Positions 38,101-47,020 are shown, counted from the stretch's first letter. The stretch: DNA of 52,856 nucleotides from Oscillospiraceae bacterium (GCA_017444195.1 JAFSXE010000107.1:1-52856); one strand, 5' to 3'. Translations and numbers: made by a program. Notes: generated by a model from the sequence alone, not told the origin.

Positions 38101-40795
38101 CGCCGGTCAGCGTCGTGCCGACGGCAAAGACGTTATCCGAAACCGTCGTATCGGCATTGACGCCGCGCAGGTAATACTGCACCACGCTCTTTGCCGTGCT
38201 CACGCTGCTTGCGCCGTTCGTGCCGGCTGCGGTGGCAGCCGATGCGGAAGCGTTGTGGTTCTTGCTGGTCGTTGCCGAGTTGCCGTTGCCGCCCTTGGCG
38301 CCGCCGTTGCCGCCCTTGCCGCCTGCACCGACGATCGCGCCGCCGAAGCCGCCCTGGCCGCCGGAGCCGCCTGCGCCGCCGCCGCCGAACGCGGAGCATT
38401 TCTTCGTCTTGAAGGGCCAGCGCTTAAACGAGTCCGTTTTCTTCTGATTCGCGCCGTTCGCGCCGTTTTCGCCGTTCGCGCCGTTTTCGCCGCCCTTGCT
38501 GCCGTCCAGCGAGACGTTGCCGAGCAGGTTCACCGTGCCGGCTTCTGCCGGCGTGTTGTTGTTCGTCTTAACCGTTGTGGTATTGGAGGCCGTAACGCCG
38601 TTCGTGCCGTTGGTGCCGATACCGGCGCCTGCACCGCCGCCGCCGTTGCCGCCTGCTCCGCCCTTGCCGCCGCGCGCACTGGTATGCGTGCCGCCGAGGT
38701 AGCCGGCAAGACCGCTGCTGCAGGAGGCATAGGCATAGCCGTCCGTGCCCTTCTGACCGTCCGTGCCTGCCGCCGCATTGCCGCCAACGGCGTTGACCGC
38801 GCCGTCACCGACAAAGTAGATCGTAGCGTCCTTCGGCAGATAAATGCCCGCAAAGCCGCCGGTCATGCCGTTTGCCGCCTTGCCGGTCGCGCTGAGCGTA
38901 TGATCGTTGAGGTAGATATAGACCGTTGCGCCGTTTGCAATTCTCAAGCCGTTGCCGACGGCGCTGCCGTCAAACGCCGCATCGTCGGTCAGATAATACC
39001 GACCGGTGTACAGCGTGGAGCCGGCAGGATAATTCTCCGTATTGAGCAGCCGCCATGCCGTTGCCGTATCGGTCGGAATCTGCTCAAAGTCGGCGCTGAC
39101 CGTAACCGGGTAGTCCGGCATCACGAAGCCAGTGCCGAAATCATCGACGTATTCGACCGGATCGCTGCCGGTCTTGGTGACCGTAATGCCTTTAAGACCA
39201 TATCCTTCCGCCGGTGTCGGGTTGATCATCACGACGCTGCCCGGAGTCGCTTTTTCCGCTTCCGCACTATTGACGGTCACCGTGAACGTGCCGTTTTCGG
39301 CAGCCGATGCGGTGATTGCATATTGATCTTCGTTATACGTAACCGTGATCTTCACGTCGCCTGCCGGCATCGTAAAGGTGCGGGTATTGCCGGTGCCTTC
39401 CAGCGCAATGCCGGTGTCGCCGCATTTCGCGGTGATATCCGTCACCGTGTAGCCGTTATCCGGAAGAACTTCCACGGTGATCGGCGTCTGTCCTTCGTAT
39501 GCGCCGTCCGTTTCCGCCTCACCGACGGTGAAAATCACTTCGCCGTTCGGCGAATCCGCCGTCAGCTTATAGGGAGAAAGCGGAATCGTGACCGTTTCCG
39601 CCGGAGCCGTGCTGTATGTTACGATGAAACTGCGGTTGGATATGCCGATCGTTTCATTTTTTGGCGCATTGCCGTTGACTTTGAACGGCGTGACGCCCGA
39701 TTCAACGTGCCAGTTCGGGTCTGCCGCAAAGTTATATTCTTCGTCGGTATCGTTTTCAGCAGGAAGCGCGGTATCCTTCGCCGCATAATACGCCGTTACC
39801 GTCCACCCGGCAGTATTCACGACCGTGCCGGACGGCAGGGAGTCTTCCGTGATATGCGTATCCACCGAAATCAGTTTCGGCTCCCACACGTTCAGCGTAT
39901 AGGACGCGGTCTTGGTGGCATAGGCGTAGTTCGCGCCGTCCGTGACCGTTGCGGTGATGGTTGCGCTGCCCGCGCCCACGATCGTCACCTTGCCGTCGGA
40001 TGCAACCGTTGCAACGGCGGTGTCGGACGAGCCGTAGCTCACCGTGCCGTCGCTGCCGGCGGTTTTGGTCAGCGTGTTGGTGAACGCGCCGTCTTTGCCG
40101 AGGTACTTCTTCAAAGTTCCGGTTGCATAGCTGATGCTGCCGGCGGCTTTGTTGATCGTATAGGTCTTTGTCGTCGAACCGGAATAACCGCCCATACCTG
40201 CGACCGTAACGGTCTTGACGCCGGAATTGGTGCAATCCTCCGGATAGGTCAGCGTATAATCTGTATTCTCGGTAAGCGTATTGCTGCCGTCCGTGACCGT
40301 AACCGTCTGCTTATGCTCCGCGCCGTCGTAAGTCACGTCGGAAACGGAAATCGTGCAGTCCGTAATCGCCTTGGAAGCGCTTTCGACCTTAATATTGAAC
40401 GCATAGGTGGCTTTGTTGCTCGTGAACGCAGGCGCACCTGTGTAGGTGATTGTCGTGGTGCCCACGCCTTTGATGCACATGTGATGCCGAAATTCGCCGC
40501 TTCCCAACTCGACAACCGAGGTATTGGATGACGACGTATCGGTTCCGTCAACATAAGAAATCCCCTCATCAGCATAGGGACTTACAATGTTGATGCCATA
40601 ATCACTGCTTTCGCCCGTGCTGCCGAGCGGCAGCGTTACGCCCTCATAGAGCATCTTGTAGGTTGTCTCGGTGCTCTTTTTCACCTTGACGTTGTAGGTT
40701 GCCGCCGCCGCTGCCGGCGTTGCCACAGCGGGCAACAATCCGACGAGCATCGTCAACGCCAACAAAGTGCTGATGAGTCTCTTCATTTGTTTCAT
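35144..40795 (-). CDS. N-terminal 1,883-aa segment of the giant secreted surface protein (signal peptide, Big_2-like and InlB-B-type repeats, Gly-rich blocks)
   Basis: AGAGGAGGA SD 6 nt before the ATG at 40795. Signal peptide MKQMKRLISTLLALTMLVGLLPAVATPAAAA. TAVATVASDGKVTIVGAGSATITATV is Big_2-like. Confidence 0.85.
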   Translation of the reverse strand: MKQMKRLISTLLALTMLVGLLPAVATPAAAAATYNVKVKKSTETTYKMLYEGVTLPLGSTGESSDYGINIVSPYADEGISYVDGTDTSSSNTSVVELGSGEFRHHMCIKGVGTTTITYTGAPAFTSNKATYAFNIKVESASKAITDCTISVSDVTYDGAEHKQTVTVTDGSNTLTENTDYTLTYPEDCTNSGVKTVTVAGMGGYSGSTTKTYTINKAAGSISYATGTLKKYLGKDGAFTNTLTKTAGSDGTVSYGSSDTAVATVASDGKVTIVGAGSATITATVTDGANYAYATKTASYTLNVWEPKLISVDTHITEDSLPSGTVVNTAGWTVTAYYAAKDTALPAENDTDEEYNFAADPNWHVESGVTPFKVNGNAPKNETIGISNRSFIVTYSTAPAETVTIPLSPYKLTADSPNGEVIFTVGEAETDGAYEGQTPITVEVLPDNGYTVTDITAKCGDTGIALEGTGNTRTFTMPAGDVKITVTYNEDQYAITASAAENGTFTVTVNSAEAEKATPGSVVMINPTPAEGYGLKGITVTKTGSDPVEYVDDFGTGFVMPDYPVTVSADFEQIPTDTATAWRLLNTENYPAGSTLYTGRYYLTDDAAFDGSAVGNGLRIANGATVYIYLNDHTLSATGKAANGMTGGFAGIYLPKDATIYFVGDGAVNAVGGNAAAGTDGQKGTDGYAYASCSSGLAGYLGGTHTSARGGKGGAGGNGGGGAGAGIGTNGTNGVTASNTTTVKTNNNTPAEAGTVNLLGNVSLDGSKGGENGANGENGANGANQKKTDSFKRWPFKTKKCSAFGGGGAGGSGGQGGFGGAIVGAGGKGGNGGAKGGNGNSATTSKNHNASASAATAAGTNGASSVSTAKSVVQYYLRGVNADTTVSDNVFAVGTTLTGAEGDVLNTLTLKAYYTKTASDKMTNYGGDTDTDWAAIDVPQDKINTVSLTNQTNADGAIVAGGNNVLVSYDPGSVSDPITTELNVAGEQKNTQFVGAAGDYKDVKTVKFTTYDNKTHKLTALFDFNDDWNATYAVLYTPYHTFKDNKVTNKDGSAAPAEFALTTPYANANNWLLGGADSADRTTYFADAGKVFGGAAYADATAYSAWLGNYADFDKIQVKNAGLYTVYERVLDWQYGADGKYTAAYKYNTYYVLIEQADLAIDQATDTVYEPTKVQDHKFTRFVEGQNDEQVYGAFSFDAGHGEKWGNDEHLMINAATPLQRDLQWEFNLFGDLTGAQDQYTDFDRATVAYGSKNMNNYLCQNDGQSAVDQKTSDGDVQNTYYKGANGAIAYRNQEVDPDPAPSGVNVIPGAMDITVKYVGTQADVNTDAGKSATFASAAFASEPVTSGYPGPNYAKKSEENTIRSVYAEDLKISGKLTRNDLGWRVVKGDKISGDTPYGNKVTAAPNSAYTADLIDGDAYKGDLYVITVMAGDTEVAAVKFTDTTAKNTVANKISELTERIYDVLPACEFYGVDYYTVTVDYYGLYYTTETSVAGRASAWSGEEEFQWVVTGVRFYLDVEPREVTLKDTGDFDKIYDGTTALVAQTVESGDVTAAAKYITALTTAAPATPDQFTKKAGTALYNYLDPTGENAMHLELAGDYADKNKGENKSIAVAAARLLKTDDTIAAAGDKVAALNYKIVDGNGEADGIASATGSVDVAQMHFTHAPFGVLTVYDLTSMHEAFGIHAKAYLLTAKAENGFYTALDMALTELVEADDAGTDSYAKSLEEYDYAVTYAINTSIKYDQYMTDKTLEIDGTTGAVTHVAQRSIGSTNPANFPAMNVSIGSFPNFKLVSEDTADANLNVCVQGGAQNTKTTSAESWQHVMRFRVKGNGNNYDLLLPLDQLNARPAPSVFVNRSGGVVKTADEAESYQYIAVYPNGDSA

Positions 40796-40853
40796 AATTT
40801 GTCCTCCTCTGTTTTTAAGGTCGCCGCTTGGATACCGATAAACTTCCAATTAC

Positions 40854-40862
40854 ACTATAGCA
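40854..40862 (-). promoter_or_regulatory. Candidate extended -10 (TGCTATAGT) for the giant surface-protein gene
   Basis: Read on the minus strand about 55 nt upstream of the ATG. No good -35 element. Confidence 0.3.
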
Positions 40863-40886
40863 AGCCGAGCGCCACAAAAGTGCCAC

Positions 40887-40930
40887 AAAAAAGTCGAAAC
40901 ATGGGGAAAATCCCGTGTTTCGACTTTTTT
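40887..40930. terminator. Hairpin terminator between the response-regulator gene and the giant gene
   Basis: gtcgaaacatggg / cccgtgtttcgac stem (one G-U pair on the minus strand, a mismatch on the plus strand), flanked by an A run and a T run. Confidence 0.6.
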
Positions 40931-40932
40931 AT

Positions 40933-41697
40933 TCAGCCCTCTGTTCGGAACGTCAGCCAGGAATACTGCGCCATGTATTCGGCTCGGTATGCGCGGATCG
41001 CATCGGGGTTGTTGCGCTTGTATTCGTAGGCGTCGCAATCCACCTTGGCTACATCGATAAAACATTCGTTTCGGCGCTTGACGAACACGCCGCCTGCGCC
41101 AACCGCCTCCAGCGTGGTTTGAATATCGGCAATCAGGTTTCGCAGATAGGATTTATGATCCTCCGACCACAAAACGGCATTGAGTTCCCCTATGCTGATC
41201 GCCGCCCCTTCCCGATCAACAAGATAGGCAAACAATTCTTTCGATTTGCTGTATTGAAATTTCACCGGTACGCCGTTTGCAAAGACCTCGAAATTGCCGA
41301 AGCATTTGATTTGCAGCGGCTTGCCCGTTTTGATCTCAATGGGGTAACGCAGGTTTTCGATCTCCTCGCGTACTTTTTCCTCGCTGACCGGCTTGGTCAG
41401 ATAGCCGGAAGCGTGGATCGCATAGGCGCTTTGCGCGTAATGCTCGTAGGCGGTGATGAAAATGATATTGACCTTCGGGTTGCTCTCCTTCAGTTTTTTC
41501 GCCAACTGAATGCCGCCGATCACCGGCATCTCAATATCCAAAAAAGCAAGATCGACCTGCTCCCCGGCAGTTTCGGCAAGCGCCTGCACCGGATTGACAA
41601 AGCAGCGCAAAACAGCGTCCGCCGGCAGCACCTTTTGCACCGCGCTTTTTAAGCGGATCAGCTGCAATTCCTCATCATCGACCAATAATGCTCTCAT
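40933..41697 (-). CDS. Response regulator: REC domain fused to a SARP/BTAD-type winged-helix activator domain
   Basis: LLVDDE...DLAFLDIEMP REC motifs. C-terminal IKCFGNFEVFANGVPVKF...KELFAYLVDREG...LWSED pattern. Confidence 0.8.
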   Translation of the reverse strand: MRALLVDDEELQLIRLKSAVQKVLPADAVLRCFVNPVQALAETAGEQVDLAFLDIEMPVIGGIQLAKKLKESNPKVNIIFITAYEHYAQSAYAIHASGYLTKPVSEEKVREEIENLRYPIEIKTGKPLQIKCFGNFEVFANGVPVKFQYSKSKELFAYLVDREGAAISIGELNAVLWSEDHKSYLRNLIADIQTTLEAVGAGGVFVKRRNECFIDVAKVDCDAYEYKRNNPDAIRAYRAEYMAQYSWLTFRTEG

Positions 41698-42968
41698 ACG
41701 CTTCCCTCACGATGAAACAAAACCGTAACGTGCGTGCCTTTGCCGGGCTCGCTGCGGACGGTCATCTCTCCGCCGCAGATTTTTTCCACGCGGTATTTGA
41801 TATTGTTTATGCCGAAATGCCTGTTGGCGTCAAAATCGACGTCTTCCATGCGGAAGCCCACGCCGTCGTCCAAAACTTCCACAACATAGGCGTCCTCGGT
41901 TTGACGGGTTGTAAGCACAAGCCGTCCGCCTTCCAGTTTTTTCAAAATCCCATGCTTGATCGCATTTTCCACGATGGGCTGAATGCTGAGCGGCGGAACA
42001 TAAAAATCCGTCGTCTGAATATCATACACGACGTCCACGCGGTTGCCAAACCGCAATTTTTCCAAAGCGACAAAAGACTTGACGTGCTTTAATTCATCCT
42101 CGAACGGAATGAGTCTTGTTTCCGTTAAGGCAGAAAGGTTATGCCGCAAGAATTCGGTGAAATAATCCAGCGCCGTCTGCGCTTTTTCCGCGTCAATCGG
42201 AATCAGCGTGGAAATGGAGGACAGCACGTTATAAACAAAGTGCGGCTGAATTTGCGAAAGCATGATCCGAAGTTGGGCTTCTCTGTTCTTTTCCTCCTCC
42301 TGCTCAAGGACGATATTTTTCTGCACGTTCAAAAACAGGAAGAGGATCTCGATTGCGAGAATAATGGACGCGTAGGCGATGGCATATCCTTTGTAATGAT
42401 TCTGAAGCAGGATCGCAATCAGCGGCAAAAAGCAATAAATGCCAAACGCCGTCTTTTCCCTCGCAGTCAGTTTTTTATCGGTGACGGCGACAAGGAAAAC
42501 AGCGGCAAGCATCAAAAAATGATACCCCTGTGACAGGATCATCATCTTGCTGCGATGGTACGCGCCGCCGCTTGCCGTAAAGAACATCCCCGTAAAAATA
42601 TTGAGAATGTCTAACGCAACAAAAAACGAAAGCAGCACAAGCGCAAACGCAGACAGCGCCTTTGCCTTTTTACCCTCGATCTTCATATATTTGCACGCAT
42701 AACGAAACAGGAAGAACGCTTCCAGATTATTCATTATGTAGAAAGCCGTATAAAAACCCAGAATAAAGGCGTCGCCGGTGTAGTGTAGTTTGATAAGCGA
42801 AAACGTCAGATAGATCGCAAAATGCACGGCGGTAAAAAGAACGAACTGCAACAGCGCCGTTTCGTCGTTTCTTCTTTTCTTTTTCAGGAGAATATTCACG
42901 CAGTGGATCGCAAGTATCAGAATTCCGATGATGCAGACCGTGATATTAAAAACAACGTTTTCACTCAT
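41694..42968 (-). CDS. LytS/YehU-type sensor histidine kinase (multi-TM sensor, His_kinase PF06580-like, HATPase)
   Basis: QIQPHFVYNVLSSI H-box and IVENAIKHG N-box. 4-nt overlap with the regulator gene. Confidence 0.85.
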   Translation of the reverse strand: MSENVVFNITVCIIGILILAIHCVNILLKKKRRNDETALLQFVLFTAVHFAIYLTFSLIKLHYTGDAFILGFYTAFYIMNNLEAFFLFRYACKYMKIEGKKAKALSAFALVLLSFFVALDILNIFTGMFFTASGGAYHRSKMMILSQGYHFLMLAAVFLVAVTDKKLTAREKTAFGIYCFLPLIAILLQNHYKGYAIAYASIILAIEILFLFLNVQKNIVLEQEEEKNREAQLRIMLSQIQPHFVYNVLSSISTLIPIDAEKAQTALDYFTEFLRHNLSALTETRLIPFEDELKHVKSFVALEKLRFGNRVDVVYDIQTTDFYVPPLSIQPIVENAIKHGILKKLEGGRLVLTTRQTEDAYVVEVLDDGVGFRMEDVDFDANRHFGINNIKYRVEKICGGEMTVRSEPGKGTHVTVLFHREGSV

Positions 42969-43105
42969 GCCCGTTCCATCCTGTGATCGATGATTTTGAT
43001 GCGATTTTTGCCGTTCGGCGCAAAAATCCTCTTATTGAGAAGTATACCATCTCAATTCCGGTTTCGCAAGACGAAAAGCCGTCTTCGAAAGTACGGCACC
43101 AAAAG

Positions 43106-43143
43106 ATAAAAAGGAACCTGTCGTAACACGACAGGTTCCTTTT
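43106..43143 (-). terminator. Intrinsic terminator after the NUDIX gene
   Basis: 11-bp stem ggaacctgtcg / cgacaggttcc with flanking A and T runs. Confidence 0.7.
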
Positions 43144-43614
43144 TTATCGAATGACCTTGCCGTCCAATTCGGCAAACTTCAAGCGATCTTCTTTGTCATA
43201 AGAAAGCGTCATGCGAAAAAACGGCGCGTCCGTTTCCAAAAGGGAGAGAAACAGTTTGTCCCCTTCCCACAGCGCCAGTTCCGTCACCTTCGGAATCGGC
43301 ACCCATTCAAGCGTGCCTTCGTCGCAGTCGGCAAGTGCGCCTTCAAATCCGTCGGCGGTATAAAGGTACATTTCCTCGTCGTCCCACCGATCCGAAAGAA
43401 ACGTGACGATTCCGCGCAGCGCGTAGTCCGTCAGGCGCAGTCCCGTTTCCTCGCGCACCTCGCGCAGCAGACAGTCCTCCGCCGTTTCGTTCGGCTCAAA
43501 CTTGCCGCCGACGCCGATCCACTTGTCGTGGTTGAGATCTTTCTCTTTTTTTACGCGGTGGAGCATCAGATAGCAGCCATCCCTGCGGATATAGCAAAGC
43601 GTCGTCTTTTTCAT
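43144..43614 (-). CDS. NUDIX hydrolase (MutT-like)
   Basis: Nudix box GGKFEPNETAEDCLLREVREETGL. ATGA overlap with the upstream gene. Confidence 0.85.
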   Translation of the reverse strand: MKKTTLCYIRRDGCYLMLHRVKKEKDLNHDKWIGVGGKFEPNETAEDCLLREVREETGLRLTDYALRGIVTFLSDRWDDEEMYLYTADGFEGALADCDEGTLEWVPIPKVTELALWEGDKLFLSLLETDAPFFRMTLSYDKEDRLKFAELDGKVIR

Positions 43615-44591
43615 TTTACGGAGAAGCGATAGATCGTGGTTGACTTCCACGGTCTTTCCGGCTCAACCGTATAAAGATCGCGCAGCGCGTCGCACTCTTT
43701 GCGGTTGGGCGCGTTGGGCGGCACCTGCGTTTCCAGCGCCAAGCCGGCGCCGAGTCCGTGGCGCGCACCGTGCTTGCCCTTTTGCTCCGGCAGCATGCCG
43801 GATGCATAGACCTGTATGCCGGGGCGGTCGGTAAAGACCTCCATGAACACGCCGGTCGTCTTCTCATAGAGCGTTGCCTGCGCGCCGTCGCCGCCGCGCA
43901 GATTGAAGTTGTTATCGTAGATCGTATCGGCAATCGGACGCGCCGTGCGGAAGTCGAACGCCGTATCCGCAACGGGAACGTCGGCAGTCGGAATCAATTC
44001 CGCATCCGTCGCGGTATACGTGTCCGCATTGATGAAAAGTTCATGCGCCAGCACGTCCTCGCGGTTTTCCGTGAAGTTGAAATAGACGTGGTTCGTCAGA
44101 TTGCAGAGCGTCGTTCGGTCTGCCGTCGCCGTATAGTCGATATGCAGTCCGTTTTGCGCGTCAAGCAAAAAGACGACCTGCATCGTCATCGCACCGGGAA
44201 AACCGAAATCGCCGTCCGGCGAATGCATGGTCAAAACGAGCGACTCCCCGCGGATCTCCGCCTGCCACAGCCGCACGTGATAGTCGCTGCCGCCGTGCAG
44301 GCAGTTTTCCCCGTCGTTCTTCGGCACGTGATACGTCTTGCCGTCCAGCGTAAACTGCGCGCCGCCGAGGCGGTTGCCGTAGCGGCTGACCGTTGCGCCG
44401 AGATAGTTGCCGCCGTCGCGGTAGCCCTCCGCCGATTCATAGCCGAGCGCAGCATCCGTTGTGCCGTTTTTCGACGGCACGCGCAGCGCGACGATCGTTG
44501 CGCCGAAATCCGTAATATCCGCCTGCATGCCGTTTCCGTTATCCAAAGTAAACAGCGTTGCGCCCAAACCGAACGGCCGCGTAGTAATCAT
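43611..44591 (-). CDS. galM: Aldose 1-epimerase (galactose mutarotase family)
   Basis: LHGG, NLTNHVYFNF, and C-terminal carbohydrate-binding residues typical of mutarotases. Confidence 0.8.
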   Translation of the reverse strand: MITTRPFGLGATLFTLDNGNGMQADITDFGATIVALRVPSKNGTTDAALGYESAEGYRDGGNYLGATVSRYGNRLGGAQFTLDGKTYHVPKNDGENCLHGGSDYHVRLWQAEIRGESLVLTMHSPDGDFGFPGAMTMQVVFLLDAQNGLHIDYTATADRTTLCNLTNHVYFNFTENREDVLAHELFINADTYTATDAELIPTADVPVADTAFDFRTARPIADTIYDNNFNLRGGDGAQATLYEKTTGVFMEVFTDRPGIQVYASGMLPEQKGKHGARHGLGAGLALETQVPPNAPNRKECDALRDLYTVEPERPWKSTTIYRFSVK

Positions 44592-44756
44592 GGCAGCATC
44601 CCTCCGTTTTTTTCTTTATTTTACCGCTTCCATGCCAAAATGTAAAGGGCGATCATGCAAGTCTGCTTGCAAATCTTGCGAATTATTGCACAAAAAGATG
44701 CCATGTTTTTTGTGATGAATCACCGTTGTTCTGATCGGCATAGAAAGATTTTGGAA

Positions 44757-44785
44757 TTGCAAAATGCGTGAAGTCGTGCTATCAT
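44757..44785 (+). promoter_or_regulatory. Candidate sigma-A promoter (TTGCAA, 17 nt, TATCAT with upstream TG)
   Basis: Read directly. It lies about 65 nt upstream of the lipoprotein ATG. Confidence 0.45.
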
Positions 44786-44849
44786 ACTGGTATCAAATCG
44801 TTCGCGTCCGTCATGGACGCAAAAAACGATACTATGGAGGGGAACAAAA

Positions 44850-45749
44850 ATGAAAAAAATCCTTGCAATCATGCTTGCCGCGCTGATGCTCGTCGGCATG
44901 CTGACCGCCTGCGGCGAAACGAAGCCGACGGAAACCACCGAGCCGGTCGAAACGACCGAAACCACCGAACCCACCGAAACCACGCCGGAAGCCACCGCGC
45001 CGGAAGTCACCGAGCCGACGACTCCGCGCGTAGCCGAAAATCTGCGCGACGGTGAAACCGTCGTCGTCGCCGATCAGAAAGAGTTTTTCGCGGCGTATGC
45101 GGCGCTCTATGCCCCCGACAGCAACGTCAACTGCATCCAGCTGGACGCTGACATGAACATCGCCAAATTCGGCGAGTTCAGCGGCAAAGTGAACTGCCTG
45201 CCCGAAGGTACCGACGAATCGCTGATCCCCCATCTGTCCGATGTCGGCTATGTTGTCGTTCGTATGCCGGAAGGTACGGCGCTCGACCTCAATGGCTATA
45301 AACTGACGCTCCGCGCACTGCAGGGCTTGGACGATGAAAAGGGCGAGCCCTCCGGTCTTACCACACTGGGTCAGGTCATCGACTCCTTCGAAGAGCAGGG
45401 CGGCGCCCTGGTTCTTTGGGCATGGAAAGATAACGGACATCTTGACGCTGCGCTGAAAGTCGCCGAGGAGAATCCGGGTCTTGTGAAAAGCATCACCATT
45501 ACGACCAGCATCGGCGATGCGGAAGGTCACGACTATGTGATCCCCGAAGGCGTGGCGCTGACGTTCATGAACAACAACTGCGAAATCGCCGCAAACAGCA
45601 TTACCTTTAAGTCCGGTGCCAGCTGCATCGTCGGCAAGGAAGCCATCGGTGTCAAAAAGACGCCGACCGTCATCTTCGAATGCAAGACAGAAGAAGATCA
45701 CAATCGTCCCGGCATCGAGTTCGCCACGGAAGTTATCGACGTCGAGTAA
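44850..45749 (+). CDS. Lipoprotein of unknown function with a Thr/Glu/Pro-rich linker
   Basis: Lipobox MLTAC after a signal peptide. GGAGGGG SD. No recognisable catalytic motif. Confidence 0.75.
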   Translation: MKKILAIMLAALMLVGMLTACGETKPTETTEPVETTETTEPTETTPEATAPEVTEPTTPRVAENLRDGETVVVADQKEFFAAYAALYAPDSNVNCIQLDADMNIAKFGEFSGKVNCLPEGTDESLIPHLSDVGYVVVRMPEGTALDLNGYKLTLRALQGLDDEKGEPSGLTTLGQVIDSFEEQGGALVLWAWKDNGHLDAALKVAEENPGLVKSITITTSIGDAEGHDYVIPEGVALTFMNNNCEIAANSITFKSGASCIVGKEAIGVKKTPTVIFECKTEEDHNRPGIEFATEVIDVE

Positions 45750-45762
45750 TCCCGATCATCAA

Positions 45763-45800
45763 GAGAGCCATCCCAATAACGGGATGGCTCTCCTTCTGTT
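45763..45800 (+). terminator. Intrinsic terminator
   Basis: 12-bp stem gagagccatccc / gggatggctctc followed by T-rich sequence. Confidence 0.6.
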
Positions 45801-45872
45801 TTGCACAAAAAGCGGTTCACTTTTTTATCGCTTTTGACGGTGCTTTTCCGCGCCTCGTCCATGATTTTTTTA

Positions 45873-45901
45873 TTGTGTAATCCGCTTTGTTATGGTAGAA
45901 T
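45873..45901 (+). promoter_or_regulatory. Candidate promoter (TTGTGT, 17 nt, TG-n-TAGAAT) preceding a ~180-nt leader
   Basis: Read directly from the sequence. Confidence 0.4.
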
Positions 45902-46084
45902 GTTTACAAGTATACCTGTGCCCTGTCTACTCCACCTTCATAGCCGGGCACGGTAAACAAAAAGGAGGATAAACCGCCGACTTGCGGTGCGGCATTGTGG
46001 AGACATGCCGTATTCGGACGCGACAAAGCCGCGCGTTCGGGAGCCGTGTTTTTGCGGAGGCAGACACGGCAGAGTCAGAGCATT

Positions 46085-46996
46085 ATGGCAAGAGTATTCT
46101 TAAACAACATCAAGAAGGTCTATCCGTATTCGGACAGCGAGCAGAAAAAGCGTGCCAAGAAGGCCAAAAAGGATGGCATGCCGGTCAAGAAGACCAATCT
46201 GCAGATCACCGAGGAAGGCGTCGTCGCCGTCCAGCAGTTCAGCCTGGAGATCAAGGACAAAGAGTTCATCGTTCTCGTCGGACCGTCCGGCTGCGGCAAG
46301 TCCACGACGCTGCGCATGATCGCCGGTCTGGAAGAGATTTCCGACGGCGAACTGTGGATCGGCGACAAACTCTGCAACGACATTCCCCCGAAGGATCGCG
46401 ACATTGCGATGGTCTTCCAGAACTACGCGCTGTATCCCCATATGACCGTTTATGATAACCTCGCGTTCTCGCTGAAGCTGCGCAAGGCGCCGAAGGACGA
46501 GATCGACCGCCGCGTCAAGGAAGCCGCGCAGATCCTCGACATCACCGAGTTCCTCGACCGTAAGCCGAAGGCGCTTTCCGGCGGTCAGCGTCAGCGTGTT
46601 GCCATCGGCCGTGCGATCGTCCGCGATCCGCAGGTCTTCCTGATGGACGAACCACTTTCCAACCTGGACGCCAAGCTCCGCAACCAGATGCGCGCCGAGC
46701 TGATCAAACTCCGCAAAAAGATCGACACCACGTTTATCTACGTTACGCATGACCAGGTCGAAGCCATGACGCTCGGTGACCGCATCGTTATCATGCGCGA
46801 CGGCTTCATCCAGCAGGTCGGCACGCCGCAGGAAGTTTTCTCGCATCCTGCCAACCTGTTCGTCGCCGGCTTTATCGGCACGCCGCAGATGAACTTCTTC
46901 GAGGACAGCAAACTCGTCTGCGAAAACGGCACGTACTACGTCGAGATCTGCGGCGTCAAGTTTGAACTGGACGCCGACCGTCAGACAATTCTCTAA
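46085..46996 (+). pseudogene. MsmX/MalK/UgpC-type sugar ABC transporter ATPase, N-terminal part, ending at an in-frame TAA
   Basis: GPSGCGKST Walker A, LSGGQRQR signature, and [10 protein letters not shown] Walker B. The regulatory C-terminal domain is missing from this ORF. Confidence 0.85.
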
Positions 46997-47020
46997 GCAG
47001 CCGGAACGCCGGATCAGACC

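Noticed and set aside
34358-40531. A 2,057-aa ORF on the plus strand, antisense to the giant surface-protein gene
   Set aside because: Its translation is Arg/Ala/Gly/Val-rich low-complexity sequence with no domains, no SD and no signal. The minus-strand frame carries clear signal-peptide, Ig-like and SLH features. Long shadow ORFs are expected opposite GC-rich genes with strong third-position bias.
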